This document shows positions 28,713 through 39,600 of a DNA stretch of 64,000 bases, in pieces. Position 1 is the stretch's first letter, and the number at the start of each line of letters is the position of its first letter. The position numbers and the translations under genes are program-made. Source of the stretch: Longimicrobiales bacterium. GTDB lineage: Bacteria > Gemmatimonadota > Gemmatimonadetes > Longimicrobiales > Gaopeijiaceae. The notes beneath the pieces were generated by a model, which saw only the letters and a program-made list of their open reading frames with translations, ran no database searches and had not been told where the DNA came from. The DNA lies in assembly GCA_965202985.1 (NCBI GenBank), contig CBDBCF010000001.1:1664001-1728000 (forward strand), in the 5' to 3' direction.

Positions 28713-29378
28713 CTAGAGCGCCTCCAGCGCGGCGAGGATGTCGGCGTTGGTGGGGCGAACCCGGTAGTCTTCCTCCACGAACCCCCAGCGCACGATCCCC
28801 TCCTGGTCGATCACGTAGGTGGCCGGGTGGGGTACGGGGCGGTTCGGGGGCGCGTCCGGGTTCAACAGGCCGTAGCGGTCGATCACCCGGTGGTCGGGGT
28901 CGGACAGCATGACGAAGTCAGGGGCCTCGCCTCCGTCGGCGACGATGCGGTCGATCATCAGCTGCTGCTTCTCGCGGTCGTCCACGGAGACGGCGACGAT
29001 CACGGTCTGGGCGGCGATCGCCGGGGGCAGCAGGTCTCTCAGCTCGCCGAGCTGACGGGCGCAGTGCGGTCACCAGTGTCCACGGTAGAAGACGAGGACC
29101 ACGTTCGCTGTGCCGCGGAAACCTGCCAGCTCCACGGTCTCGCCCCCGAAAGACTCCAGGGCGAAGAGCGGAGCCTCCGTGCCGGCCGACACCCGCTCCA
29201 AGTCCGTCGCGGGAAGGTCGTGGCCGTCGGTCGGCCCCAGGCTGGAGACTTGGGCCGAAGCCGTGCCGAAGCCGGGGAGTGCCCCGAGCACCGCGGCCAG
29301 GACGAGAGCGCGGGCGCCGTCTCGAAGGAGGCGCCGTGCGCGGAGGCGGGAGGTACTGAAGCAACGGGTCGAGGTCAT
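28713..29378 (-). CDS. Exported AhpC/TSA (peroxiredoxin-like) selenoprotein, UxxC active site
   Basis: ORFs 29070-29450 and 28713-29003 are in one frame across TGA 29070-72: VFYRGHW-U-PHC-ARQLGEL...AVSVD...LSDPD...HPATYVID. Confidence 0.85.
29039..29055 (-). promoter_or_regulatory. Putative bacterial SECIS hairpin
   Basis: UCAGCUC-GGC-GAGCUGA perfect 7-bp stem starting 14 nt after the in-frame UGA. Confidence 0.65.
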
Positions 29379-29653
29379 GGTCCGGGGCTGTCGTGGTGGC
29401 GGGGGGTCAGGCCCGTGCGGGGACGCTCGCGTTCGCGGGGCGCTCTCCAAGTCCGGGCGCTCCCCTCAATTATATGGTCAAGCCGCGATCGGTGGGACGA
29501 ACCGGCTGTGGTCCGTCGGGCCGCGTGCCGCGGCTCTTCATCGGTCCGGAAGTCGTCCCGCGCAAACGAGTAGGCCGGCCGGGACGGACCGGAAGCGCGC
29601 CGCCGAATGCGCGCCTCCAGCCCGTCCATCGGCCGACCGCCTGCTGGCGGCTC

Positions 29654-30928
29654 CTACCGCGCCGCCGCCAGCGCTTGGTCCAGGTCCTCGACGATGTCGT
29701 CCACGTGCTCGATGCCGACGGACAGCCGCACCAAGTCCTCGGAGACGCCCGTGGCCTCGAGCTCTTCGTCCGACAGCTGGCGGTGCGTCGTGGTGGCCGG
29801 GTGGGTCGCCAGGGTCTTGGCGTCGCCGATGTTCACCAGCCGCGTGACCAGCTGCAGCGCGTCGATGAAGCGCGCCCCGGCGTCGCGACCGCCCTTGATG
29901 CCGAAGCTCAGGATGCCGGCCGCGCGGCCCCCGCAGTACTTGTCCAGCAGCGGCTTCTCGGGGCTGTCTTCGAGTCCGGCGTAGCGCACCCACTCGACTT
30001 GGTCGTGTTGGCGCAGGTGCTGGGCCACGGCGAGGGCGTTCTCGCAGATGCGGTCCATCCGCAGGGGAAGGGTCTCCAGCCCTTGCAGCGCCAAGAACGC
30101 GGTGTGGGGCGAGATCGCCGCCCCGATGTTGCGGAGCGGCACGACCCTGGCGCGGACGATGTACGCCAGCTCGCCCACCGCCTCGGTGTAGACCACGCCG
30201 TGGTACGACACGTCGGGCTCGGTCAGGCGGGGGAAGCGCGCGGCGTTGGCCTCCCAGTCGAAGGCGCCCGAGTCCACGATGGCGCCGCCGATGATCGTGC
30301 CGTGACCGCCGATGTACTTGGTGACCGAGTGGACCACGATGTCGGCCCCGTGCTCGAACGGACGGCACAGGTACGGTGTGGGCACCGTGTTGTCGGCGAT
30401 CACGGGCACCCCCCGAGCGTGGGCCGCTTCGGCGACGGCCTCCAAGTCCACCACGTTACCGGCCGGGTTGCCGATCGTCTCCAGGTACACAGCCTTCGTA
30501 CCGTCGTCGATCAGGCTTGCCAGGGCGTCCACGTCGCCTGGGGCGGCGAAGCGCGTCTCGATGCCGATCTGGGGGAACGTGTGCGCGAACAGGTTGTAGG
30601 TGCCTCCGTACAGCGTGGACGTGCTGACGATGTTGTCGCCCGCCTCGGCGATCGTGAGCACCGCGTAGGTCGTTGCCGCTTGGCCCGACGACAGCGCCAG
30701 CGCTCCCACGCCCCCTTCCATGGCGGCCAGCCGCTTCTCGAGCACCGCCGTGGTCGGGTTCATGATGCGGGTGTAGATGTTCCCCTCGACTTTGAGGTCG
30801 AAGAGGTCCGCACCGTGCTGGGTGTCGTCGAACGCGTACGCGGTGGTCTGGTAGACCGGGACCGCGACGGCCTTCGTGGTGGGTTCCGGCTCGTAGCCGG
30901 CGTGAACGGCCTTTGTTTCTATGCGCAT
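29654..30928 (-). CDS. metY: O-acetylhomoserine aminocarboxypropyltransferase/cysteine synthase
   Basis: PVYQTTAY, IYTRIMNPT, HSVTKYIGGHG (PLP lysine), NIGDAKTL..HPATTTH. Confidence 0.92.
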   Translation of the reverse strand: MRIETKAVHAGYEPEPTTKAVAVPVYQTTAYAFDDTQHGADLFDLKVEGNIYTRIMNPTTAVLEKRLAAMEGGVGALALSSGQAATTYAVLTIAEAGDNIVSTSTLYGGTYNLFAHTFPQIGIETRFAAPGDVDALASLIDDGTKAVYLETIGNPAGNVVDLEAVAEAAHARGVPVIADNTVPTPYLCRPFEHGADIVVHSVTKYIGGHGTIIGGAIVDSGAFDWEANAARFPRLTEPDVSYHGVVYTEAVGELAYIVRARVVPLRNIGAAISPHTAFLALQGLETLPLRMDRICENALAVAQHLRQHDQVEWVRYAGLEDSPEKPLLDKYCGGRAAGILSFGIKGGRDAGARFIDALQLVTRLVNIGDAKTLATHPATTTHRQLSDEELEATGVSEDLVRLSVGIEHVDDIVEDLDQALAAAR

Positions 30929-31282
30929 CTGACTTTCCTGTCTCTTGTTTGGGTTGGGTGGTGCTGGGATACGGCGGCGCCATGAAGTGGACGACGCCGG
31001 GGACATGCAGGGAAACGACGCGGGGGGATGCCCACCGCCGCCGCCGTTGCTCCGTCGCTAGGAAGCGATTCGTCCCTTCAATTTAGCGAAACGACGCCGG
31101 CCAGGCGACTGCTCGCGGGCGTCACTCCGGGTCGTCCTCGATCCAGGCGGAGATGAGCCCGGCCAGCGAGCCGATCAATCCCAGCGACAGCGTGCCAGCC
31201 AGATCGACACGATCCGCCCGCCCGTGGTGACGGTGTGGTGGTCGCCGAACCCGGCCTGCGCGGGACGCCTTGTCGGAGTCGC

Positions 31283-32451
31283 CTATTCTCGCGTGGCTCC
31301 TGCCAAGAAGTCGGCGACCGATACGACGGGCTTGCCGTAGCGCCGCGCCGCCCGGGCCTTGCTGGACTCGCTCGCCACGTCGGCGGCCACCAAGACGTCG
31401 CATCCCTTCTTGGTGACGTTGAGGACCGGCACGAGGCCTTGCGCGCCAGCGCCTGCAGGTCGTCCCGAACCCACGTCTTGCCGTCCACGAAGGCGGTCCC
31501 CGTGAAGCAGAGGCGGTCGCCGGGCGCGAGGTTCTCGACGACTGCCACGGGTGTCGGGTCGGGGATCTCCACGTCGGCGAGCTCCAGCTGGTCGGCGATG
31601 CGCGCGATGATCTCGTGCTCCGCCGGGCTCGCGACGCCGTCCCGCCTGGCCGCGGCCACGATGCAGTCGAAGTAGTCCCGGTGCGCCTTCAGCCTTTCGC
31701 GTTCCGGTATTCCCAGGTCCTGCGCCAGCCGCTTGATCTCGGCGCGCTCCCGCTGGTCGATGACGCTGTCGTCCAGCACCCAGTCCAATGCGTCCAGGTA
31801 GCCCAAGATCAGCTCGTCGCAGTGGGGGTAGTGGGAGCGGGCCACGACCCTGTGCATCGGACTCACGCCGGCGTCCACTAGACCCCGCCGAACGGTTCGC
31901 TGACTGGGCTTCTGCGCCACATACCCGACTCGGACCGGTTCCGCGCCCAAGTCCGCCTCGTCCCCCCACAATCGACGCGCAAGCTCGGCCGTGGCGCGCG
32001 CGTCGGCCAGGGCTCGGTGGGCGCAGGCCAGCTCGACTCCGCGCTCCTTGCAGGCGGCCTCGAGCTTCTGGCGCGTCTCCCGAAAGGTGCACAGACCGCT
32101 GCGCAGATCGACCTGCACGCCGTTTCGCTCGAACTCCTGCCGCAGCATGCGGGCGTCGAACGGCAAGTTGTGGCCGACCAGCAGTGCCCCGTTTACACGC
32201 CGCGATATGTCCGCGACCACGTCACTGAAGACCGGCGCCACCTCCACCATGGAGGCGCTGACCCCGTGCACGCCGATCGGTCCGATGTCCCGCTCCGGAT
32301 TAAGGAGGGTGTCGTATTCGTCCACCGTCTCCCACGACTCCGGGTCCATGGCGACGATGGCGATCTCGACCAGCCTGTCGTGCTTGCCGAAGCCGGTGGT
32401 CTCGACGTCGATTACGACGGGGGCGGCGGGCAGTTCCTGGGTTGGGCGCAT
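31283..32451 (-). pseudogene. DEDDh 3'-5' exonuclease + TerB-like + BRCT domain protein, frameshifted near 31440
   Basis: IDVETTG, HNLPFD, HRALADA; BRCT starts LCFTG and continues in another frame (NVTKKGCDVLVAAD...KARAARRYGKPVV) to the stop at 31283. Confidence 0.75.
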
Positions 32452-32467
32452 TTGGTCCGATCTATTG

Positions 32468-33676
32468 TCAGTGAGGTTTCCTGGCCGTAACCACGAACTC
32501 GAAGAGCTCCTTCTTGGAGTTGCGCTTCCTTATGACGCTAGCCCGGGCATCGACAAGTCCTTCAGCCCGAAAGATGCCCGCCAGTATGTCCTGCACGGGC
32601 ACCACCCAGTCGTAGAACTTCGAGTTGCCGACCACGTAGTGCAAAGAAGCTCCTTTTGCCAATCGAGGTGCCAAAGATCGCACATGAACGAGCATGTCGT
32701 GACAGTACTTGTGCACATATCTTCCGAGCGCCTCGCTGCGCTCCGCAATGCGTGCAACCAGCTCGCCGAAGCCCGGGTGAGGAATCTGCTCCGTAGTCTC
32801 CCACTTGGCGACTCGGCTTGTCGCTACGCCCCAGGTGCCGCCGATTGCCTGCCAGTCCAGTTCGCCGGCGTCGCGAGCGTCCTCCAGATATCCCAGCCAG
32901 TACATGTACGGTCGCAGTTCCCGAACGTAGCTCATCCGGTTTGGGTAGGGTGGCGATGTGACCACAATGTTGGGCGAGTGCTCGAACTTGGGAACGACTC
33001 GAGAATCGGCTCGTCGAACGGTTACGGACCCCGCCAGGGCACCACGGGCCGACTCGATTACGGCCGTTGCCGCAGATCGGAATTCCCCAAGCATGTAGTC
33101 GGTGTCCAAGGAGGCCAAGAAGCTGGCCTGGGGCTCCTTGAAGGAGATTGACTGGTGACCAAACGAAGCGTTCGACCACGCGATGACCTGGCGGCAGAAG
33201 GCGATCTTGATCAAATCCGAGGCGTGTTCGTCGCTGGCGGTTGCCGAGACAATGCGTGCCCACAACAACCCTAGCGTCCTGAGGGCCAAAGGCGACCACC
33301 ATCGGTCGATGTTTCGGATCGGGGGAACCCAGCAATCGTCGGCTTCGCCCGCTGCAGGAGTCCTTGCCATTCTATCCGCCAAGCTTACGGCCTGCTGCAA
33401 GGACTCGGCGGAATACTCTCGAACCTTGGCGCCGGCAAACCACACGAGAAACGGGTTGATGTCCAGCAAATCGCACCGGTGGCCACGTTCCGCGCATACC
33501 AAGCCTGTCGTTCCAGTGCCCGAAAACGGATCCAGCACCCGAGGCCGACCGCGAGAGGAAGCCAGCAAGTCGTCGACCAAGCGAACGGAATAAGCTGGCG
33601 TAAGGCGAAGCCAGCCGTGGCGACCAAGGCCGGCATTGTGCTTGAAGGTGTAGTCGCTGCGTTGCCTCACGCTCAT
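32468..33676 (-). CDS. DNA N4-cytosine-type methyltransferase of a type II RM system
   Basis: VLDPFSGTGTT (motif I) before VTSPPY (motif IV); overlaps the REase stop. Confidence 0.85.
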   Translation of the reverse strand: MSVRQRSDYTFKHNAGLGRHGWLRLTPAYSVRLVDDLLASSRGRPRVLDPFSGTGTTGLVCAERGHRCDLLDINPFLVWFAGAKVREYSAESLQQAVSLADRMARTPAAGEADDCWVPPIRNIDRWWSPLALRTLGLLWARIVSATASDEHASDLIKIAFCRQVIAWSNASFGHQSISFKEPQASFLASLDTDYMLGEFRSAATAVIESARGALAGSVTVRRADSRVVPKFEHSPNIVVTSPPYPNRMSYVRELRPYMYWLGYLEDARDAGELDWQAIGGTWGVATSRVAKWETTEQIPHPGFGELVARIAERSEALGRYVHKYCHDMLVHVRSLAPRLAKGASLHYVVGNSKFYDWVVPVQDILAGIFRAEGLVDARASVIRKRNSKKELFEFVVTARKPH

Positions 33677-34307
33677 GTGAACTTGGCGTCCGTGGCACCG
33701 AGCAGCGTATCCAGTACATCCATGACGGAGTCCCGAAGTCGATCCGAATTTCGCTCGAAGAAGGCGGCAAGGTCGTAGTCCAGCACTCGGCGCGCGAACG
33801 AATATGTCGAGGAAACCGCATCTCCCTCGATTGTTCCTCGAAGCAGCAGCCATCCTGCCTGACGATATCGCTCCGCGACATCTCCGTCGATTTGATTCGA
33901 CAGCATTGTCACTACGGGGAGGTATGCGTGTTTATAGGCGTTGCCTAGCTACGGCATCGACGACAGCATTCCGACTAATGCGAGCATCAAGAGACAGTGT
34001 TCGTTTCCGGCCCTCCGATGTTTCGACAGAGTAGGACCACTTCGCCTCGTCATCGCTCAATCCTAGCTGGTCTTGGAGTCCGATCTGCCGATACAACGAA
34101 GTGATGCCGCCGGCCGCCTTTGTGAGCTGCATATAGAAGGGGATTGTCCAGTCCAAACCAACGATAGAACGAGTCTGCACCATACAGCTGGCGAAATCGC
34201 TCCAAGTCGACCGACCGACCCTGGCCAAACTTGGGCTGATAGGTCCGGCAGACTTGAACCTTGTCCAACACGATCGACACGTAGCGCTCTTCGCTTGCCA
34301 TCGCCAC
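33673..34307 (-). pseudogene. Degraded type II restriction endonuclease
   Basis: Reading frame runs through three frames (YQPKFGQG...YAAHK / KAAGGITSLYRQIG...LSLDAR / NAYKHAYLPVVTMLSNQID); coupled to the MTase; lower GC. Confidence 0.65.
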
Positions 34308-34308
34308 G

Positions 34309-35676
34309 CTACGTCGCCGGTCGTCCTGCCTTCAGGTAGTCCAGGAGCAGGTGGGTCATGGCGCGAATGCCGACGGGCACGGCCGAGTTGTCGGCCTGGA
34401 AGTCCGGCGTGTGGTGGCCTCCGGAACGACCGCCGGGCACGACTTGGCCCAGGCGGAAGTAGAAGCCGGGGACCTCGTTGGCGAAGTAGGCGAAGTCCTC
34501 GCCCCCCATCGTGGGTTCCAGGTCGAGGACGTTCTGCTCGCCCAGCAGGCGCTTCAGCGTGGGAAGCATCTGGGCCGCCAGCGCGGCGTCGTTGATCGTG
34601 GCCGGCGTGCCCCGGTCGTAGTCCAGCTCGTAGCTGCCGCCTCCTGCGGCAGTGATCCCGGCCAGGATTTCGCCCATGCGGCGCTCGACCGCGTCCCGGA
34701 CATCCGGGTCGTAGGTGCGAACCGTTCCCTCCATCTCCACCACGTCGGGGATGATGTTGAAGCGCGTACCGCCGCGGATGATGCCCACGGTGATCACGCT
34801 AGGCTCCAAGGGGCTCAGGTTCCGCGACCGAATCGTCTGAAATGCGGCCACGGCCTGCGACGCCATGACCACCGGATCGACGCTCAAGTGGGGCGCGGCG
34901 CCGTGGGACTGCTTGCCCACGACCTTGATCTTGAAGTGGTCCACGGCGGCCAGCGCGGGTCCCACGGAGAATCCCACCTTGCCCACCTCCATCTCGGCGA
35001 AGCTGTGCAGCCCGAAGATGGCGCTGGGCGCGGGGTCCTGAAGCACGCCTTCGGCCACCATCATCCGCGCGCCTCCGTCTTCGCCGGGAGGCGGTCCTTC
35101 TTCCGCCGGCTGGAAGATGAACTTGACCGTGCCCGGAAGCTCGTCCCGCATCGACGCCAGGACCGACGCAACGCCCAGCTGCACCGCCACGTGGATGTCG
35201 TGTCCGCAAGCGTGCATTACGCCCACTTCCTGTCCCAGGTAAGTGGTGCGCACGGTGGACTTGAAGGAGTACGGCGTGTCCTCCGTGACGGGAAGCGCGT
35301 CCATGTCGGCGCGCACCGCCACCACCGGACCAGGCCGCCCGCCCCTCAAGAGGCCCACGACGCCCGTGTGCGCCACGCCAGTGCGCACCTCGTCGAAGCC
35401 CAGCGCGCGCAGGTGGTCCGCCACAAGCGCCGCCGTCTTGAACTCGCGGTTGCCCAGCTCCGGGTACTGATGGATGTGCTCCCGCAAGCGGATGATCGTG
35501 TCCTGGACTTGGGCGACAGCGGCGTCGACAAGGCGGGCGGGGTCTTGGGCGGCGGCTTGGGTCCCGAGCGCCGTCGCTGGCAACGCGGATTGAATGGCGA
35601 TTCCGGCGGCGATGCCCAAGGCGACGATCGGGCCGGCAGCGCGCCGACGGGAGGCGACGGGCGGTTCGGACGGCAT
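34309..35676 (-). CDS. M20 family amidohydrolase, secreted
   Basis: HQYPELG, RADMDALP, MHACGHD, FQPAEE, GEDF, HHTP. Confidence 0.92.
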   Translation of the reverse strand: MPSEPPVASRRRAAGPIVALGIAAGIAIQSALPATALGTQAAAQDPARLVDAAVAQVQDTIIRLREHIHQYPELGNREFKTAALVADHLRALGFDEVRTGVAHTGVVGLLRGGRPGPVVAVRADMDALPVTEDTPYSFKSTVRTTYLGQEVGVMHACGHDIHVAVQLGVASVLASMRDELPGTVKFIFQPAEEGPPPGEDGGARMMVAEGVLQDPAPSAIFGLHSFAEMEVGKVGFSVGPALAAVDHFKIKVVGKQSHGAAPHLSVDPVVMASQAVAAFQTIRSRNLSPLEPSVITVGIIRGGTRFNIIPDVVEMEGTVRTYDPDVRDAVERRMGEILAGITAAGGGSYELDYDRGTPATINDAALAAQMLPTLKRLLGEQNVLDLEPTMGGEDFAYFANEVPGFYFRLGQVVPGGRSGGHHTPDFQADNSAVPVGIRAMTHLLLDYLKAGRPAT

Positions 35677-35941
35677 GGTCGGACAAGGGCCGGCGGCAGG
35701 GTAGCGGCTAGCGGCAGGGCAGGGCAGCTTCGACATGGGGCAGGCCGGGAGTCGCGAGAACGGGGGGAAGGAAGTAGGGCAATCAAGATAAGCGAAACGT
35801 GCGCGACTTGGGGGGCGAGCCCCGCGACGCGAACGCGGGTCTGCGACCGGAGGGCGAGCCTGCGACCCGAAGGCGAGGTTGCGACCGATAACCGCGTCCT
35901 CCCGGACCCGCCAACCCTCCGGGCAAGCTATCATCTTCGAC

Positions 35942-36691
35942 ATGACCGAACCCTCCGTCACCTCCGTCCCCGCAGTCGAGCAGGCGCGCGCCGCCGCGCC
36001 CGTCCGGCCCGCGCTCCGGTTCGAGGCCGCGTCCAAGATCTACCCGCGAGCCGGCGGAAGCCCGCTGATTGCGTTGCGGTCCGCAAGCCTGACGCTCGAA
36101 CTGGGGACGACGACCGCCGTGGTCGGGCGGAGCGGCAGCGGCAAGACCACCCTGCTCCACCTAGCGGCTGGAATCGACGTGCCCAGCCGGGGCCGCGTCG
36201 AGGTGCTGGGCCGTGACCTGAGCCGTCTGCGCGACCGGGAGCGGGCCGTCTTCAGGCGTGACCATGTGGGCATGGTGTTCCAGTTCTTCCGCCTGCTGGA
36301 CCACTTGACGGTGGAGGAGAACGTCACGCTGCCCGCCCGCATCGCCGGCGACCTGGGGCGACACAAGCGCCGGGCGCGGGAGCTGCTGGAGCGCGTCGGG
36401 CTGGCGTCTCGCGCCGCCGACCGGATCGACGGCCTGAGCGGCGGCGAGCAGCAGCGCGTCGCGATCTGCCGCGCCCTGTTGCGCCGTCCCTCCCTGCTGC
36501 TGGCCGACGAGCCCACGGGGAACCTGGACGACGAGTCGGCGGCCGTGGTCATGGACTTGCTGCTCGGCATCGCCAAGGAAGAAGGGAAGACGCTCCTGTA
36601 CGCGACGCACAGCGCCGGCGCCGCCGCCCTGGCCGAACGCAGGCTGACGCTGGCCAGCGGAGTTCTCGGGACGACGCCTCCGCGCCCGTGA
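35942..36691 (+). CDS. ABC transporter ATP-binding protein (LolD/AttE-like)
   Basis: GRSGSGKT, LSGGEQQRV, ADEPTGNLD. Confidence 0.92.
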   Translation: MTEPSVTSVPAVEQARAAAPVRPALRFEAASKIYPRAGGSPLIALRSASLTLELGTTTAVVGRSGSGKTTLLHLAAGIDVPSRGRVEVLGRDLSRLRDRERAVFRRDHVGMVFQFFRLLDHLTVEENVTLPARIAGDLGRHKRRARELLERVGLASRAADRIDGLSGGEQQRVAICRALLRRPSLLLADEPTGNLDDESAAVVMDLLLGIAKEEGKTLLYATHSAGAAALAERRLTLASGVLGTTPPRP

Positions 36692-39600
36692 TCGGGTACC
36701 TTCGCTTCGTCTTGCGCCGTCGGTTCGCGCGGGAGCCCGCGATGAGCCTTCTGACCTTGGCCGGCGTGGCGCTGGGGACCGGCTCCGTGGTCACGGTGCA
36801 GGTGTTGACGGAAGGGGCGGTCGCGGCGTTCGACGCGACGGTGGACCTGCTGGCGGGAGACGCGGACGCCCTGGTGCTGGGTCACGGCGGCAAGCTGGAC
36901 GAGTCCCTCTATCCCGTCGTCCTGGGCACGGAAGGCGTCGATTGGGCGTCGCCCCTCCTGGAGGGATCGGTCGTCGCACGACGGGCGGACGGAGAGCGAC
37001 GGGCGGACGGACAGGATCTCCCGCGGCCCGTCCCCCTGTACGGCGTGGACCTGTTGTCCTCTGTCGATGGCCCCCTGCATCCGTCGCCGGCAAACGGCGT
37101 CCAGCCTCCGGATCGCGCCCAGCCCTCCTCTTCCGACCTGCTCCGCGCCGCCGCTTCCGCCGACCTTGCCCGCGCCCTCGGCGTCGGCGCCGGCGACACC
37201 GTTGAAGTGGCCCAGGGACCGGCGTGGACGCCCGTCGCCCTCGATCGTGTGCTGGACGCGACCTCCCGCGCTTCGGCCGAAGGTCCCCTGCTGGTGATGG
37301 ACATCGCCGACGCCCAGGACCTCTTGGGCAGAGCCGACTGGATCAGCCGCGTCAACGTTCGCTTCCGCCCCGACGTGCCCGCCGACACGGTTCGGCGCCG
37401 CCTCGCTTCTCGACTGGACGGCCGCGCGCTCGTTTCTTCGCCCGGGGGTCAGCGCGCCGAGGCCCGCCGGCTCCTGTCGGCGTTTCGCGTCAACCTGTCG
37501 GCGCTTGCCTTCACGTCGGTCTTCGTCGGTCTCTTCCTGGTGTACGGCACCACGCGCGCCTCCCTTTCCCGACGACGCCGCGAGACCGGCCTGCTTCGAA
37601 GCCTGGGAGCGACTCGAAGCCAAGTCCTGGGCGCAACGCTGGCGGAAGCGGGCGTCCTGGGCGTGGCGGGCGCGGCCCTGGGAGTGCCTTTGGGGTACGC
37701 CGCCGCCCTGGCCAACTTGGACTCGGTGAGCGGCACGGTGACCGACCTCTACCTGCTGTCGGCGATTCGGAGCTTGGAAGTGCCCCCGCACGTGTGGCTC
37801 CTGGCACTGGCGGGCGGATTGCTCGGGACGATCGCCGGCGCCGCAGGACCTGCCGCCGAGGTCTGCCTTGCCCCGGCGGCCGACCTGCTCTCCGACCAGC
37901 GAGCGCGCGTCCGCTGGCGGTCGGTCTCGAAGACGCTTTGGCGGGCGAGCTGGGCCGTGCTGGCGGTTCTGCTGACGTGGTTCGCCGTCGGAGGCCACCG
38001 CTGGCGCCACGCGGGGTTCGTGTTGGCGGCGGGGATCATGGTCTGGACGGCGTTGGCGGCGCCCGCCTTCGTGACGGGACTGTGCCGACTGGCGGGGCGT
38101 TCGCGGGGGTTCGGCTGGCGCTTCGCCCTGGGCGGCCTACCCGTTCGCCTTCACACTTCGGGCGTGGCGGTGGCCGGCGTGGCCGTCGCCTTCGCCATGC
38201 TGGTGGGGACCACCGTCATGGTCGGCAGCTTCCGCGACACCTTCCGGGCCTGGCTGGACGCCACGATGCTGGCCGACGTGTACGTGTCCGCGGCAGCGTG
38301 GACGGGCGCGACCGACCAGGGGGGCGTGCACGGCGACCTGCTGGACCAGCTCCGGCGGCTGCCCGGCGTGGCCGCCGTGGGTCGGCTGCGAGGTTTCCAC
38401 GGCTACGCGGACAACTTGCCGGTGGCGCTTCGCGGCATCGACGCCCGGCCAACCGGGCCGACCGGAGCGCGGCACAGGGACCGCCTACTACTAAAGGAGG
38501 GCGACCCGGAGACGGTGGCGGCGGAGCTGGCGGACGGGGCGGTTGCCGTCAGCGAGCCGCTGGCGCGCCGGGCGGGCGTCCGACGGGGCGACTCGATTGC
38601 GGTGCGGACGGCCTCGGGCGCCGTTCGAGCAGCGGTAGCCGGCGTCTACTACCAGTACGGCACGGACCGAGGTTCGATCTCCATGGACTTGGCCACGATG
38701 GAGGCGTGGTTCGGACCCGGCGCGCCTCATGGACTGGCGGTCTACCTGGACCGGGTCCGGCGAACGGACGCGGGCGACGACGACACAGACGCGGGCGGCG
38801 CGCAGGCCGGCGTCGTCCAAGCGGTTCGACAGGCGGCGACGCCGTACCCGGTCGTCGTGCGTACTCACGGCGCCCTGCGGACCGACGCGCTTCGCATCTT
38901 CGACCAGACCTTCGCGGTCACGCTGCTCCTGCAGGCGATGGCGCTGGCCGTGGCCGCCGCGGGCGTGGCCCTGTCGCTCTTGGTCATGGCCCGAGAGGAA
39001 GCTTGGGACACCGCCACCTGTCGGGCCCTGGGCGCCACCCGCGGCCAAGTCTTTCGGTTCCATCTGGGCAAGGGCGCGGGGTTGGCCGGCATCGGCGGCC
39101 TGCTGGGCTTGGCGGGCGGCGCCGGACTGGCCGCAGTTCTGATCTACGTGACCAACCGAGCCTACTTCGGCTGGACGGTGCAGTTCGGCGTGCCCGCGTT
39201 CAGCCTTGCCCAGCAGTGCGCCTTCCTGCTGCTGGCCGCCGTGGCGGCGTCTTGGTGGCCGGCCCTCCGAGCGTCCGGCGGAGGGGGCGCCCTGGCGCGA
39301 CGATCCGTCGTGGCGGCGGTCGTGGCTGCGCTGTCGCTCGCCGCGTGCTCGCCCCCGCCGGAGTCCGATTCCGATCCCCCAAACGGCCGCGGTCCTTCGG
39401 CGCTGCCCGATGCGGTCGCGGAAGGCTGGCTCGCGGCAGACCCCGACTACTCGTGGTCGTTCCCCGAAGACCACGGACCCCACTTCGGCTACAAGACCGA
39501 GTGGTGGTACTTCACCGGCGTGTTGTCCACACGGGCGCGAGAGTTGGGCTACCAGTTCACGATCTTCAAGATCGGGTTGCGCCCGCCCCGCCCGGAACGC

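Noticed and set aside
30929..31100. SAM/SAH riboswitch upstream of metY
   Set aside because: Only short hairpins; I could not find the SAM-I or SAH consensus elements by eye. An Rfam scan would settle it
36979..37013. 18-bp tandem duplication in the permease
   Set aside because: Two in-frame copies in a loop; trivial
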